Virus record (IMG/VR): IMGVR_UViG_3300011114_000773
Span: 44,298 to 108,297 of that record
Source of the DNA: a virus
Direction: 5' to 3' (one strand)
Length of the DNA: 64,000 bases
The notes below the pieces were generated by a model, which did not search any database, was not told the DNA's origin, and was given only the letters and a program-made list of their open reading frames with translations. The position numbers and the translations under genes were made by a program. Below, in pieces: positions 1 through 9,999 of this stretch (within the stretch, counting starts at the first letter, position 1; every line of letters begins with the position of its first letter).

Positions 1-1
1 T

Positions 2-433
2 ACAATAACTCCAGACGAAGGGGACGGAGCGATGCCTTGGGGAGAGAATGCAAAAACATGGCAGGCCGCGAACGGAGGAGTTGACGCACTGTACCTGTCT
101 TTCTTGAAGAATATATCGGGCAACACCCCATCAAATCTCACTGGTCACTTTCGAGAGGATTCCTCCAGTTCAGCGGCGCATTTTGAAGACAACTCTGTAC
201 ATTTTTGTTTTATAGATGCAAGCCATTTATACGAAAATGTCAAGAGGGACTTGGTCGCTTGGTATCCCAAGATAAAACCCGGTGGCTTCTTGGCTGGACA
301 CGATTTTGGTAATGGGACAAACGGAGTAGGAATAGCTGTGAAAGAATTTTGCTCCGAGAGAAGGCTTGAGTTTAGAAATGACTATTCATTTATCTTTCAG
401 AAGCCATTCTCAGACGCTATAGCTGTCAATTGA
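2..433 (+). CDS. Class I SAM-dependent methyltransferase (Methyltransf_24-like), 5'-truncated by the window edge
   Basis: FCFIDASHLYENVKRDL...WYPKIKPGGFLAGHDF motif; the frame is open from base 2. Confidence 0.8.
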   Translation, partial: TITPDEGDGAMPWGENAKTWQAANGGVDALYLSFLKNISGNTPSNLTGHFREDSSSSAAHFEDNSVHFCFIDASHLYENVKRDLVAWYPKIKPGGFLAGHDFGNGTNGVGIAVKEFCSERRLEFRNDYSFIFQKPFSDAIAVN

Positions 434-436
434 TAG

Positions 437-1504
437 ATGAAAACCGTCTTTATAACAGGTGTGACTGGTCAAGATGGATATTACCTAGCGGAGTATCTAA
501 CCAAATACTTCCCAGAGCATAAGGTCATAGGATTCACAAGAAGCCGCCTAACTAGTAGCCAGCAGGGGCTTCTACTGGACCAATTCGGCGAGAAATTCAC
601 AGTTCAACATCTCGATATAAGAGACGGTTTGGCTATGAAGTATTTTTTTAAGCACTATCGTCCAGACTATTTTGTTAATTTCGCAGCAAGTACTAACCCA
701 TCAGCTAGTTGGAGGAATGCCTCAGAAGTCTTTGAGTGTAACGTAGATTCTGTCGCTAGAATACTAGAGCGCATTCACTTGTCTCGCCCATCGTGCAGAT
801 TCTTCTCTGCGGGTTCGAGTTTAGAGTTGGGAGACGCTATATCTAATGAAATTAAAACGCCATACGCACTTTCAAAATCTACAGCGGGAAAACTTGTCTC
901 TATGTTCAGAGATGAGTATGGGATTTTTGCCACGCACGGAATTCTTTTTAATCATACGAGTCCTAGGTCAAAAGAGAACTTCTCTGTTTGTAAGATAACG
1001 AAGGGCGCGGCAAGAATATTCTTATCCATGAAGACCTTGTCTGAATTCGAGCCGATAGTATTGGACGGAGACATTTATAATTATATAGACTGGTCTGATA
1101 GCAGGGAAATCGTCCGTGGAGTGTGGGACGCTCTCCAACAAAAAAAGCCGCTAGATTCTCCTCATTTTTGCAGTGGAATTAGGAGACAGCTATCAACTAT
1201 TATTTTTAGCGCGTTCTATTCACTTGGAATCGTCGGTGAATGGCGAGCGGATGGATTGTATCTCCCCGATTCGCTGGTTAAGGGGATGTCGGTTAAGTCT
1301 AACTGCCTAGTAAGGATAAATCCCAGCAACCAGCATACACTAGCCGATAACCCCTATGGGGATGTCAAAAAGATGTCTGACATCGGATGGAAAATCCAGA
1401 TTCCATTTGACACAACCATAAGGAATATGGTAGAGTACTACCTCACTGAAAACAAGAAAGCCATCAATATACGTCCCGATAATAAAGAAGTTCCTATCGG
1501 ATGA
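437..1504 (+). CDS. gmd: GDP-mannose 4,6-dehydratase-like extended SDR
   Basis: FITGVTGQDGYYLAEYL, PYALSK (YxxxK), GILFNHTSPR and F..KIT motifs; divergent. Confidence 0.8.
   Translation: MKTVFITGVTGQDGYYLAEYLTKYFPEHKVIGFTRSRLTSSQQGLLLDQFGEKFTVQHLDIRDGLAMKYFFKHYRPDYFVNFAASTNPSASWRNASEVFECNVDSVARILERIHLSRPSCRFFSAGSSLELGDAISNEIKTPYALSKSTAGKLVSMFRDEYGIFATHGILFNHTSPRSKENFSVCKITKGAARIFLSMKTLSEFEPIVLDGDIYNYIDWSDSREIVRGVWDALQQKKPLDSPHFCSGIRRQLSTIIFSAFYSLGIVGEWRADGLYLPDSLVKGMSVKSNCLVRINPSNQHTLADNPYGDVKKMSDIGWKIQIPFDTTIRNMVEYYLTENKKAINIRPDNKEVPIG
1407..1436 (+). promoter_or_regulatory. Sigma70-type promoter inside the 3' end of gmd
   Basis: TTGACA(1407-12), 18 bp spacer, TAGAGT(1431-36) with extended TG. 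Confidence 0.5.
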
Positions 1505-1838
1505 CAAGACGCGCTTGTTCTGCGGCGCTGATTGGGGTCGAGAAACCAAAGCGTGCAAAGACATGCTCGCGGAGAATTCTCTTACTCCAGAAGACGCCTT
1601 ATTGATGGCCAAACCGACGTTCTCAATAAATTCTCTTAATTTTTTTAAGACAGCGAACGGTAAAAAATATGTCCTAGAGTGGCGAAGTAAGCAGTCGAAA
1701 AGCGAGCAACTATCGAATCAGTTAGCGTCCCGATGCGTCGAAGAGTATCCGCTTGATGAAGAGCCGGTAAAGACGAACGTCTCTCTTCGACCCAAGACGG
1801 TAATGCAATTCGTTAATTATGGCAAAGAAAACCACTGA
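1446..1838 (+). CDS. Hypothetical protein; start uncertain (CTG 1446 or TTG 1515)
   Basis: Frame is open from 1434; CTG lies 9 nt after the predicted -10; 3' end overlaps the recA start. Confidence 0.55.
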   Translation: MKTRKPSIYVPIIKKFLSDDKTRLFCGADWGRETKACKDMLAENSLTPEDALLMAKPTFSINSLNFFKTANGKKYVLEWRSKQSKSEQLSNQLASRCVEEYPLDEEPVKTNVSLRPKTVMQFVNYGKENH

Positions 1839-2919
1839 ACCAGTAGAGCAAATCACCTCGCAAAGTCAAATTGACGCCTTTTTAAAGGACAACTCTGACT
1901 ATCACTTTAATTTTAAACCAGCAGCGAATTACAAGATTCCGGGCGGCTCTTTGAAGTTGAATATAGAAATGGGAGGCGGTCTTCGCCCCGGTGTGACGAG
2001 ATTCTCTGGAATTACAGAAGGCGGAAAAACTAGCTGCGCTCTTAGTTTCGCTAAAAATTTCCAAGAGCTAGTTCCTAACGGACACGTAGTGTATTTTAAA
2101 TCAGAAGGCAGACTCTCGGACGAGATGCTGACAAGAAGCGGGATGAATCTCTCTCCCGAGAAGTTCAGAGTTATTAAGACCAACATCTATGAGGTGGTAG
2201 GCCAATTAATAATTCAACTTATTAATAACAACCCCGGAGATGTCAAATACTTTTTCGTTATCGACTCGATGGATTCTTTGAATCCCCAAGACGACGTTAA
2301 TAAGGTGTTCGGGACGGCTGGAAGAGTGGCTGGAACGTCAGCTTTAACGGCGGACTTCTTAAAGAAAATGTCTCTTCCGATTGCCGAACTAGGACATATT
2401 TGCGTAATGATTTCGCAGATACGAACTAAGCTTCAATTAGATAAATATGCCCCGAAAGAGCATCAAACCACTAATGCGTCTGGTGGACATGCCCCGCTTC
2501 ACTATAGCGACTGGATTCTCGAATTTCAACACCACGACAACAAGGACGATAAGATTTTAGCCTCAGATGCCTCCCAGAAAATAATTGGGCATTGGTGCGG
2601 TATCGTGTTTCGCAAGTCGATGAACGAAAAAACCGGAACTGAGGTTCGTTATCCAATTAAATATGGTAGGACTAATGGTTCTTCAGTATGGGTTGAGCGC
2701 GAAATAGTTGACCTAATGATAATGTTCGAGTTGATTAAGAAGAAATCTTCTTGGCTGTCTGTCGATGAGAGCATCCTGACAGAGCTTAAAACCGCCGGTT
2801 TAGAGTGTGTAGATAAACTCCAAGGTGTTGACAACTTTTATCAATATTTCGAGGACAATCCAGCTTTGACAGAGTATTTTAAACGCAAATTCCAAGAGAC
2901 TCTCCAGAAGACTCTGTAG
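1819..2919 (+). CDS. recA: RecA/UvsX-like recombinase
   Basis: LNIEMGGGL, Walker A GITEGGKT, FVIDS, ISQIR, SGGHAPLHYSD. Confidence 0.92.
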   Translation: MAKKTTEPVEQITSQSQIDAFLKDNSDYHFNFKPAANYKIPGGSLKLNIEMGGGLRPGVTRFSGITEGGKTSCALSFAKNFQELVPNGHVVYFKSEGRLSDEMLTRSGMNLSPEKFRVIKTNIYEVVGQLIIQLINNNPGDVKYFFVIDSMDSLNPQDDVNKVFGTAGRVAGTSALTADFLKKMSLPIAELGHICVMISQIRTKLQLDKYAPKEHQTTNASGGHAPLHYSDWILEFQHHDNKDDKILASDASQKIIGHWCGIVFRKSMNEKTGTEVRYPIKYGRTNGSSVWVEREIVDLMIMFELIKKKSSWLSVDESILTELKTAGLECVDKLQGVDNFYQYFEDNPALTEYFKRKFQETLQKTL

Positions 2920-2925
2920 AATAAG

Positions 2926-3831
2926 CTATTGTATTTTCTTAAGTATCTCTAGTTTCCTAGGTAAAAACATATCGTAAATTTCGTTTTGGGCGTATAAATA
3001 ATCTCTAATTCTTTTTACCTGTTTATTACCATCGCAGGAAATTTCCATATACTTCTTACCGGGCCTTCTGTACGTATAAAAATTAACACCGCACTTGTCT
3101 TCGATTTCTCCTTTTATACCCAATAGGACTGCAACATTTCCTACAAATGAGACTCCTGCCTGATTGTTATGTCTCCTTATCTTAACGCACCCATCGCCCT
3201 CGAAGTATCCCCTGATAAAAAAGCGTACCAGATTGCTTCGTATATTAGGATACAGAGCCAAGAATGTTTTCTTTTCAATACATCCATGCTTTTTTAAGTC
3301 GTTTGCCATTTTTCTACTATTGACGCACACCGAGAATATATCTTTGTGTGAAGTCTGGTATCTTAGCACCTCTCCCTCAAAGTTAATTGCCTTTTTAAAC
3401 TTCGCCAAGACTTCCTCGTCAATCAGAGCCAGTTTAACCCTTCTTCCGCTTATATTTCCGTCAGACATCATCCATCCAAACCAGTAAGCCTTTTCAGCAG
3501 TGTCAATTTCTTCAAAAAAATCGTGATTTACTTTAAACTTTTTTCTAGCTGTACTAAGGCCCATCTCTCGTAAAAAGGCTATCATTGTCGGCAAACTCAC
3601 GCCGTATTCTAAGGCAAGCGTCGAAGAGTTCTTGCAATCAATGTATTTCTTTTTTATTTCGTCCTCAAGCCCTTTTAGGATTTTACCTTTACGGAACCCG
3701 ACTTTCTCCGATATTAGTCTGCTACGAATCGGGCATGGAGATACATCGTGCTTTTCAGCTATCTGTCTTATCGTCAGCCCCGAAAGATAGTCGTTTTTAA
3801 TTTGCTCTATATCAAGTTTAAGAGAATTCAT
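2926..3831 (-). CDS. Free-standing LAGLIDADG homing endonuclease with N-terminal HTH repeats (ATG 3831 preferred to GTG 3852)
   Basis: AYWFGWMMSDG and FFIRGYFEGDGCV motifs; two HTH-like N-terminal segments; antisense to its neighbours. Confidence 0.85.
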   Translation of the reverse strand: MNSLKLDIEQIKNDYLSGLTIRQIAEKHDVSPCPIRSRLISEKVGFRKGKILKGLEDEIKKKYIDCKNSSTLALEYGVSLPTMIAFLREMGLSTARKKFKVNHDFFEEIDTAEKAYWFGWMMSDGNISGRRVKLALIDEEVLAKFKKAINFEGEVLRYQTSHKDIFSVCVNSRKMANDLKKHGCIEKKTFLALYPNIRSNLVRFFIRGYFEGDGCVKIRRHNNQAGVSFVGNVAVLLGIKGEIEDKCGVNFYTYRRPGKKYMEISCDGNKQVKRIRDYLYAQNEIYDMFLPRKLEILKKIQ

Positions 3832-3892
3832 ATCGTCTAAAATATGATACACTTCGTCTTATCTTCTCGTAAAACTAAAAGTAATATACTAT

Positions 3893-4306
3893 ATGCGTCT
3901 GTATAACGTCAATGGCAAGTTAGTCAGCAAAAATGTGTCAAAATACCTAATAAAGTGGGACGCGCCCAGCCGGTCAAAGATACAGTTTAGAGTGAAGCAG
4001 TTCTTCAAGCCATATTGGACTGGTCAGATAGTTTATGAGGAGTACCCAGTCTTCGGGAGTTTATTGAAAGTAGATATACTCAACGCTACCCGAAAAATCG
4101 CAATAGAAGTCCACGGGGCACAGCACGAACACCATAACCCATTTTTTCATCCCACAAAGCAGGACTTTTTAAGTTCCGTGGTTAGGGACTTAAAAAAGCA
4201 CGAATGGCTTAGTATGAATAACTTTAAAATTATTGAAATCTACGAGCATGAGATAAAATTGGTGTCTAAAACCTTTATCAAAGAAAAATTCGGACTGGAC
4301 CTCTAA
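3893..4306 (+). CDS. Vsr/DUF559-like endonuclease
   Basis: EEYPV...VDILNATRKIAIEVHGAQH...RDLKKHEWL...KIIEIYE pattern. Confidence 0.75.
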   Translation: MRLYNVNGKLVSKNVSKYLIKWDAPSRSKIQFRVKQFFKPYWTGQIVYEEYPVFGSLLKVDILNATRKIAIEVHGAQHEHHNPFFHPTKQDFLSSVVRDLKKHEWLSMNNFKIIEIYEHEIKLVSKTFIKEKFGLDL

Positions 4307-4322
4307 TAGTGTATATACCAGC

Positions 4323-4574
4323 ATGGAACAACCTCGACAAATTCCCGAGAGCTTTATATCCACGCTCAATGAGCACACTACTGGAGGATATTTAATTTGC
4401 TATTTCGATTTGAATGGTTGCCCGCGAATGCAGTGCGAATTTGATAATGTCGCGTATTCGCTCGCCGCACAGAAATATCTAAGTAATTGGCTTGAGGCTA
4501 TTTCCGCTTCCCAGCAGAATGTAATGATGGACGCCTTAGATGGCACCATTCAGGAAGACGGGGAAGAAGAATAA
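4323..4574 (+). CDS. Small acidic hypothetical protein
   Basis: Fills the gap between neighbours; GTGTATATA motif upstream; acidic tail. Confidence 0.7.
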   Translation: MEQPRQIPESFISTLNEHTTGGYLICYFDLNGCPRMQCEFDNVAYSLAAQKYLSNWLEAISASQQNVMMDALDGTIQEDGEEE

Positions 4575-4578
4575 TTTC

Positions 4579-4607
4579 TTGACATTTATCCCTTCGTCTG
4601 GTAAAAT
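4579..4607 (+). promoter_or_regulatory. Sigma70-type promoter for dnaB
   Basis: TTGACA, 17 bp, TAAAAT with extended TG; 9 nt before the ATG. Confidence 0.8.
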
Positions 4608-4616
4608 TAGCTCGCA

Positions 4617-6122
4617 ATGAGCAAACTTTACTCTATAGAGTCCGAACGAGCACTGCTTGGCGGAATTCTAAATAAACCCATCACTTTCCCCGACATAGAT
4701 GGTTCTCTGAAAGAGACAGACTTCTTCTCCCGCGAGCACGGCACAATCTATGCGTGCATGAGACAGATTCTTTCTGAAAAAAAAGAGCTGACAGTCACTT
4801 CCTTGACAACAAGGGTCAAGAGTCTCGGCCTCAAATTTAATGGTGTCCTCGATATCGAGGAGTATATCGAATCTGTCAGCCTCCACTCCTTAAATGATAA
4901 GGCTATTTTAGAAACTGCTGGAGAGATAGTCAAACTCCGAGCGTTCAGGGGTATGGAGTCATCGGCAAAAGAAATCTGCCGCTTTTTAGAGAAAAATACA
5001 TCAGCGACTCTTAGCCACGCAGTCTCCTCGGTAGATAGCCTAATGGCAGAAACGGTCAATGGGTTTATCGTCGATGACATTCCTGTTAATATTTTTGACG
5101 AGTTAAGCAAGGAAGTAGTTATCCTCGGGAACTCTCCGACAGAAGGAACCGGCCTTAAGACTCCGTATCCTAGTTTCAACAAACTGTTCGGAGAACTGCG
5201 TGGAGGAAACGTATATGGAATAGCATCGCGACCCGGACAAGGAAAGACTACATTCTTATGCGATATGGCCCTCGGAGTCGCTAGGGAAAACAATGTTCCG
5301 ACCCTTTTCCTTGATACAGAAATGACTACGAAGGAAATCCGACTACGAATGGCCGCATCAATCGTCGGGATACCCCTGTGGTACGTGGAGACTGGGAACT
5401 GGAATAAGAACGCAGACCTCCGGGCAAAAATGAATGCTGGACTTGCTAAGATTGATTCGGAGATGAAGTCTCTCAAATTTTTTCATTTTCATGTAGGCAA
5501 TAAGACAATCGTAGAGGTCTTGACCATTATCCGAAGATGGTATTGGAGCGTTGTTGGTCGTGGAAATAAATGCTTGGTAGTCTATGACTATTTGAAACTA
5601 ACTGGCGAAAAGGTCGGGGCAAATTGGGCGGAATATCAAGCGATTGGCGAAAAAACCAATCAGCTTAAAGCGATTTCTGTTGAAATTGATAATCCCGTAT
5701 TTACTGCTATTCAAATTAATCGCTCTGGAGAAAGCTCTGGCCGTCAAGCAAAAGAAGTAACGGATGACTCCAGTGTCATCGCTCAGTCTGACCGCGTATT
5801 GTGGTTCGTTACATTTTTAGCTATTTTTAGAAGAAAAACTTCTGACGAGCTAGCCCTAGACGGAAAAGATTTTGGCTCTCATAAGCTTATTGATTTGAAG
5901 ACGCGCTATCAGGGTAAGGAAGCGGCTGGACATCAGAACCTAGTTGAGAGGCAGCAGCAAGACGGAAGCTCGACGTTCGAGCCAAACTATATCAGTTTTA
6001 ATATCGAAAATTTTAGAGTCACCGAAACTGGAACACTCAAAGACATCATCGCCAAGGGAGGCCCAATGCAGGTGTCCTTTAAGAAAGAAGACGACGAGTC
6101 CGGCGAAGCCCCATTTAAATGA
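4617..6122 (+). CDS. dnaB: DnaB-like replicative helicase
   Basis: ESERALLGGIL, ASRPGQGKT, DTEM, VVYDYL, AIQINR. Confidence 0.93.
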   Translation: MSKLYSIESERALLGGILNKPITFPDIDGSLKETDFFSREHGTIYACMRQILSEKKELTVTSLTTRVKSLGLKFNGVLDIEEYIESVSLHSLNDKAILETAGEIVKLRAFRGMESSAKEICRFLEKNTSATLSHAVSSVDSLMAETVNGFIVDDIPVNIFDELSKEVVILGNSPTEGTGLKTPYPSFNKLFGELRGGNVYGIASRPGQGKTTFLCDMALGVARENNVPTLFLDTEMTTKEIRLRMAASIVGIPLWYVETGNWNKNADLRAKMNAGLAKIDSEMKSLKFFHFHVGNKTIVEVLTIIRRWYWSVVGRGNKCLVVYDYLKLTGEKVGANWAEYQAIGEKTNQLKAISVEIDNPVFTAIQINRSGESSGRQAKEVTDDSSVIAQSDRVLWFVTFLAIFRRKTSDELALDGKDFGSHKLIDLKTRYQGKEAAGHQNLVERQQQDGSSTFEPNYISFNIENFRVTETGTLKDIIAKGGPMQVSFKKEDDESGEAPFK

Positions 6123-7033
6123 GCGCAGAAACCTCTATAAAAGATATCCTAATTGAATTAGGGTTTACCGGAATAACTGATGCCGGAAAGAATTACAGAT
6201 GCCGCCCAATTTATCGTGATTCAAGTTCTGCTACTGTCTGCTCTATACAGAAGCAGAACGGATTGTGGTATGATTTTCGAGAAAATCTTGGTGGAGACTT
6301 AAAGGATTTAGTCGCTTTATGCCTTAAAGTTAATAAAGAAGAAGCTCTTAAGTTCCTAGCTGATAAGAACTACGCCCCCACGGAGGTCGATGAGCGTGAG
6401 GAGCTACTATCCACAGTAAAAAAATATCCTATCGAATGGCTTAGTAACCTAGAGCAGTCAAACACATACTGGTTAGGAAGGGGTATATCAGGAGCTACTA
6501 TAAATAAATTTCGCGGAGGAGTCGCTACGACCGGGAGAATGTATCATAGATATGTATTTCCCATCTTTGACGAACGCGAAACTATCGTTGGATTCGCTGG
6601 AAGAGACTTGCTTAAGCTAGAGAATAGTCAGCGTCCAAAGTGGAAAATACTAGGTGAAAAACGCGAGTTCGCATATCCCTATTATCTGAATAAAGGAGCC
6701 ATCTCTTCTTCTAAGTCGGTTATCCTAGTTGAAAGTATTGGCGACTGCCTTAGTCTTTATGAAAGCGGAATAGAAAATACTTTAGTGACCTTCGGTGTCT
6801 CTATAAGTTCTGGAGTAATTAAAACCTTACTTAAGACTAGGCCCGAACAGATAGTAATTGCTCTAAATAACGATAGCTCAGGGAACTCAGCCGGAAATGA
6901 AGCAGCGCTAGAATTTAAAAAAGAACTCGGAAATTATTTTAACCCAGAAACGGTAAAGGTAAAACTTCCTGCGCAGAAAGATTTTGGTGATATGTCTCGT
7001 GAAGAAATCGCATTATGGAAAAATCAGATTTAA
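6119..7033 (+). CDS. dnaG: DNA primase (TOPRIM; degenerate Zn-binding domain)
   Basis: YVFPIFD...IVGFAGR, PKWK, VILVESIGD, KDFGDM; follows dnaB. Confidence 0.85.
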   Translation: MSAETSIKDILIELGFTGITDAGKNYRCRPIYRDSSSATVCSIQKQNGLWYDFRENLGGDLKDLVALCLKVNKEEALKFLADKNYAPTEVDEREELLSTVKKYPIEWLSNLEQSNTYWLGRGISGATINKFRGGVATTGRMYHRYVFPIFDERETIVGFAGRDLLKLENSQRPKWKILGEKREFAYPYYLNKGAISSSKSVILVESIGDCLSLYESGIENTLVTFGVSISSGVIKTLLKTRPEQIVIALNNDSSGNSAGNEAALEFKKELGNYFNPETVKVKLPAQKDFGDMSREEIALWKNQI

Positions 7034-8016
7034 AAAAACTATCAGCTAGCAGGATAAAAACTCTTCAGAGTTGCTCATGGACGTACTGGGCGAACTACGT
7101 CCTCAAGCTTCCTCAGTTGTCTAATTCTGGAGCTATGAGGGGTAGTATATGCCACGATATTTTCGAGTTGCTGCTTATGGACAGCAGGAAGAAGTATCAA
7201 AGAAAAATAGTCAAAAGCAATTCTCTGGACGCCTGTCCTTCTGTGAAAAGGCTCGTCAAGCTGTATCTCAAGAAGCAGAAGCTTAATGACCAATCGGAAT
7301 ACAATCTCGTAGAGAGGATGATTGTCGTCGGGCTTGCTAGCGATTTCTTTGGAAAGAAAGGGACAAAACTGTTCTCTCCAGAGCATCAATTCGATATAGT
7401 AAACTCGGAACCTCTATATCATATCGGCGGATTCATTGATAAGTGGGGGATAGACGAAAAGACGAAAACCATCTATATCTATGATTATAAGTCTAGTAAA
7501 GCTAAATTCGCTGGAGAAGAGCAAACATCTAATATCCAAGCGATGATGTATAGCCTTGTCGCTAAGAAGTTGTATCCAGAATACAAGCCCGTAGTCATTT
7601 TCATATTTCTACGATTTGGTGACTCTCCAGAACAAATAGTTGAGTTTGATGAAAAAACGCTGGCCGGTTTCGAGCACTACCTAGAAGATGTAAATAGTCA
7701 AATTAATAACTTTTCCTACGCTGATGCTATGGCGAACTTCGCCGCCGACCAACAGCAAAAGGGAGATTCCTTTAGTGGAAGGTTGGTCTGTGGTTTTTCA
7801 AAAACGAAGGGCGAACTTAAAAAAGATGGTATGCCAAAATGGAGTTGCCCATATAAATTTGGATTTGATTACTTTGTCGGACTGGACAAGAATCAACAGA
7901 TAGTGTCAACGGCCTTCACTAAAAACGAACTCGTTGACTCAAAGATTGTCTCTATTGAACCTCGGCAATACAACGGCTGCCCAAAATTCAATAAAACAGG
8001 CTTGACTAGTTTTTGA
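7015..8016 (+). CDS. Cas4/AddB-like PD-(D/E)XK exonuclease
   Basis: LSASRIKTLQSC, GFID...IYDYKSSK, QAMMY; one N-terminal and three C-terminal Cys. Confidence 0.85.
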   Translation: MEKSDLKKLSASRIKTLQSCSWTYWANYVLKLPQLSNSGAMRGSICHDIFELLLMDSRKKYQRKIVKSNSLDACPSVKRLVKLYLKKQKLNDQSEYNLVERMIVVGLASDFFGKKGTKLFSPEHQFDIVNSEPLYHIGGFIDKWGIDEKTKTIYIYDYKSSKAKFAGEEQTSNIQAMMYSLVAKKLYPEYKPVVIFIFLRFGDSPEQIVEFDEKTLAGFEHYLEDVNSQINNFSYADAMANFAADQQQKGDSFSGRLVCGFSKTKGELKKDGMPKWSCPYKFGFDYFVGLDKNQQIVSTAFTKNELVDSKIVSIEPRQYNGCPKFNKTGLTSF

Positions 8017-8025
8017 CGATTGTCC

Positions 8026-8054
8026 TTGACTGAATAGAGTGTGCAGCTTATGAT
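8026..8054 (+). promoter_or_regulatory. Sigma70-type promoter, leaderless geometry
   Basis: TTGACT, 17 bp, TATGAT; 6 nt before ATG 8061. Confidence 0.8.
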
Positions 8055-8060
8055 AAGAGT

Positions 8061-8855
8061 ATGACTCAGAAAGTTTTTCCGATGCTAAAATCTCACTTTT
8101 CCGTGGGAAAGTCTATTTTAACTTTAGACGAGCCGGGTACCGAGGTCGTCGGTGGACCGGATTCGATATTCTCCCTTGCTAAAGCTAGGCCGGATGACAG
8201 ATTCTTCGTAGTTGAAGACTCTATCTCTGGAGTTATGCAGGCGCTAACGGTTGCGAGTAAGACTAAAACCAAAATGACATACGGACTTCGCTTTACATAC
8301 CTAGATGATGCTTCCGACAAAAGCGAGGCATCCCTGAAAAAAGAAAGTAAGATAGTTCTCTTGATGAAGAACTCTAATGCCTATACCGACTTAATTAAAC
8401 TCTCTACGCTAGCGTCAAAAGATGGCTTCTATTATCTTCCCCGCCTAGACGCTAAAATGCTAAAAAAAATAGGGACGAGCAACTTGGTTTTAGTAGTTCC
8501 GTTCTACGACTCTTACCTATTCCGTAATAATCTCGAAACAGCGTCTGTCGTCCCTTCATTTTTGGGGGAATTCCCTAATGTTTATTTTTCTATTGAGGAC
8601 AACGACCTTCCTTTCGATTATCTTACTGAATGTCTAGTGCGGGATGCTGTTTTTAACCTCTCCAATGCTCAAGTAATTTATACGCAAAGTATCTTCTACG
8701 CAAAAAAGAAAGACTTCCTATCGTATCTAACTTTTAGATGTATTCATAATAGGACAAGTCTGGAGAAACCAAATCTCGAACACATGAGTAGTGATTCATT
8801 TTGTTACGAGAACTACCTTTTAAAAACTAATGAGCATACCCAATACGCCGTCTAA
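8061..8855 (+). CDS. Stand-alone PHP domain of DNA polymerase III alpha (N-terminal part of a split DnaE)
   Basis: KSHFSVGKSIL, YGLRF, IVLLMKNSNAYTDLIKLST, FYYLPRLD match the DnaE PHP pattern. Confidence 0.8.
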   Translation: MTQKVFPMLKSHFSVGKSILTLDEPGTEVVGGPDSIFSLAKARPDDRFFVVEDSISGVMQALTVASKTKTKMTYGLRFTYLDDASDKSEASLKKESKIVLLMKNSNAYTDLIKLSTLASKDGFYYLPRLDAKMLKKIGTSNLVLVVPFYDSYLFRNNLETASVVPSFLGEFPNVYFSIEDNDLPFDYLTECLVRDAVFNLSNAQVIYTQSIFYAKKKDFLSYLTFRCIHNRTSLEKPNLEHMSSDSFCYENYLLKTNEHTQYAV

Positions 8856-9342
8856 ACAGAGTCCATCGTCTGAAAAAATATTCGACTTCTCCGAGCAGAT
8901 GAAGTCTGGAGATGCTGGTGAGCGGCTTTTCGTAAAAGCCTATAGCAATCTAAGTCCAGTTAAGTCTCAAGACTTACGGTATGATTTCTCAACAAGTATT
9001 GGCACGGTTGAGTTAAAAACAGACCTATACCCGATGAGTCAGACAAAAAACTTCTTTATGGAAAGGTTCGGCGACATGAACGCAAAGAAGTCTGGCGGCC
9101 CTTGGCGGTCACACGAAGATAAGGTTGATTATTTCGTCTATTTCTACACAAGCGATTTAACTTTCTTTTGGTTTAAAACTCCCGAACTCATTGCTATTAT
9201 CGACGGCTTGACTAATAAGCGAAGAGAAAGATGGGTCAGGAACAAAGCATGGACCACTCTTGGGTATGTAATTCCTAGGTCCGAATTGGCATCTGTGACC
9301 TACCAGACCGACGTTTTTCCTGCTCCGACAGACCCTTTCTGA
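8830..9342 (+). CDS. PD-(D/E)XK-family nuclease
   Basis: GDAGERLF...YDF...VELKTD...NFFME...GPW...DYFVY. Confidence 0.7.
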   Translation: MSIPNTPSKQSPSSEKIFDFSEQMKSGDAGERLFVKAYSNLSPVKSQDLRYDFSTSIGTVELKTDLYPMSQTKNFFMERFGDMNAKKSGGPWRSHEDKVDYFVYFYTSDLTFFWFKTPELIAIIDGLTNKRRERWVRNKAWTTLGYVIPRSELASVTYQTDVFPAPTDPF

Positions 9343-9351
9343 TATAAAAAT

Positions 9352-9999
9352 ATGGATGGACATTTAATTAGATTTGATAAACAGTCGAAGTTCTGTTTTG
9401 TGGATATAGAGTCATTTAATCTATGCTTATCTCTGGTATATAATAGGCCTTGGCAAATAGGACTTATCTCAGTCGTCGGAGACTCGATAGTCAAAAGCAA
9501 TGACGTGATAATCAACTGGCCGCATGTAAACGGCTTGACTTGCTCGGAAGGCGCAGCTAGAATCAATCACTATAATCAGTTCTCAGTCGCTAGAGATGGA
9601 ATAACCCCACAGGAGGGATTCGTTATGCTCGACAGTTACCTTTCTGATGCGAAATACATAGTGGGTCATAATTTATTTGGGTTCGACCTATATCTTATTC
9701 GAGATATGTATCGGATGTTTGGCAAACCTTGGCAGCATTTAATTCCAAAAGTAATCGACACTAAAGCAATCGCCTTTGGCGTTAAGACAAACGTCCCATT
9801 CGATGCTAGCAAAGAGAGTATAACCATGTACCAATATAGAATGGGAAATACCAGAGCTAAAGGAGTAAAAACATCACTTTCTACGTTAGCAAAAGAATAC
9901 GGTATAAAATTAGACGAGACTCGCTTGCACGAAGCTTTATATGACTTGGAGATAAATATCCAAGTGTGGAACAAATTAAAATTTCAAATAGACCTATGA
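9352..9999 (+). CDS. DEDDh 3'-5' exonuclease (DnaQ/epsilon-like)
   Basis: FVDIES, VGHNLFGFD, IDT, LHEALYD. Confidence 0.88.
   Translation: MDGHLIRFDKQSKFCFVDIESFNLCLSLVYNRPWQIGLISVVGDSIVKSNDVIINWPHVNGLTCSEGAARINHYNQFSVARDGITPQEGFVMLDSYLSDAKYIVGHNLFGFDLYLIRDMYRMFGKPWQHLIPKVIDTKAIAFGVKTNVPFDASKESITMYQYRMGNTRAKGVKTSLSTLAKEYGIKLDETRLHEALYDLEINIQVWNKLKFQIDL

Noticed and set aside
7015-8016. Cas4-like gene as evidence of a CRISPR-Cas system
   Set aside because: No cas1/cas2 or array; solo Cas4-like nucleases are common in phage replication modules.
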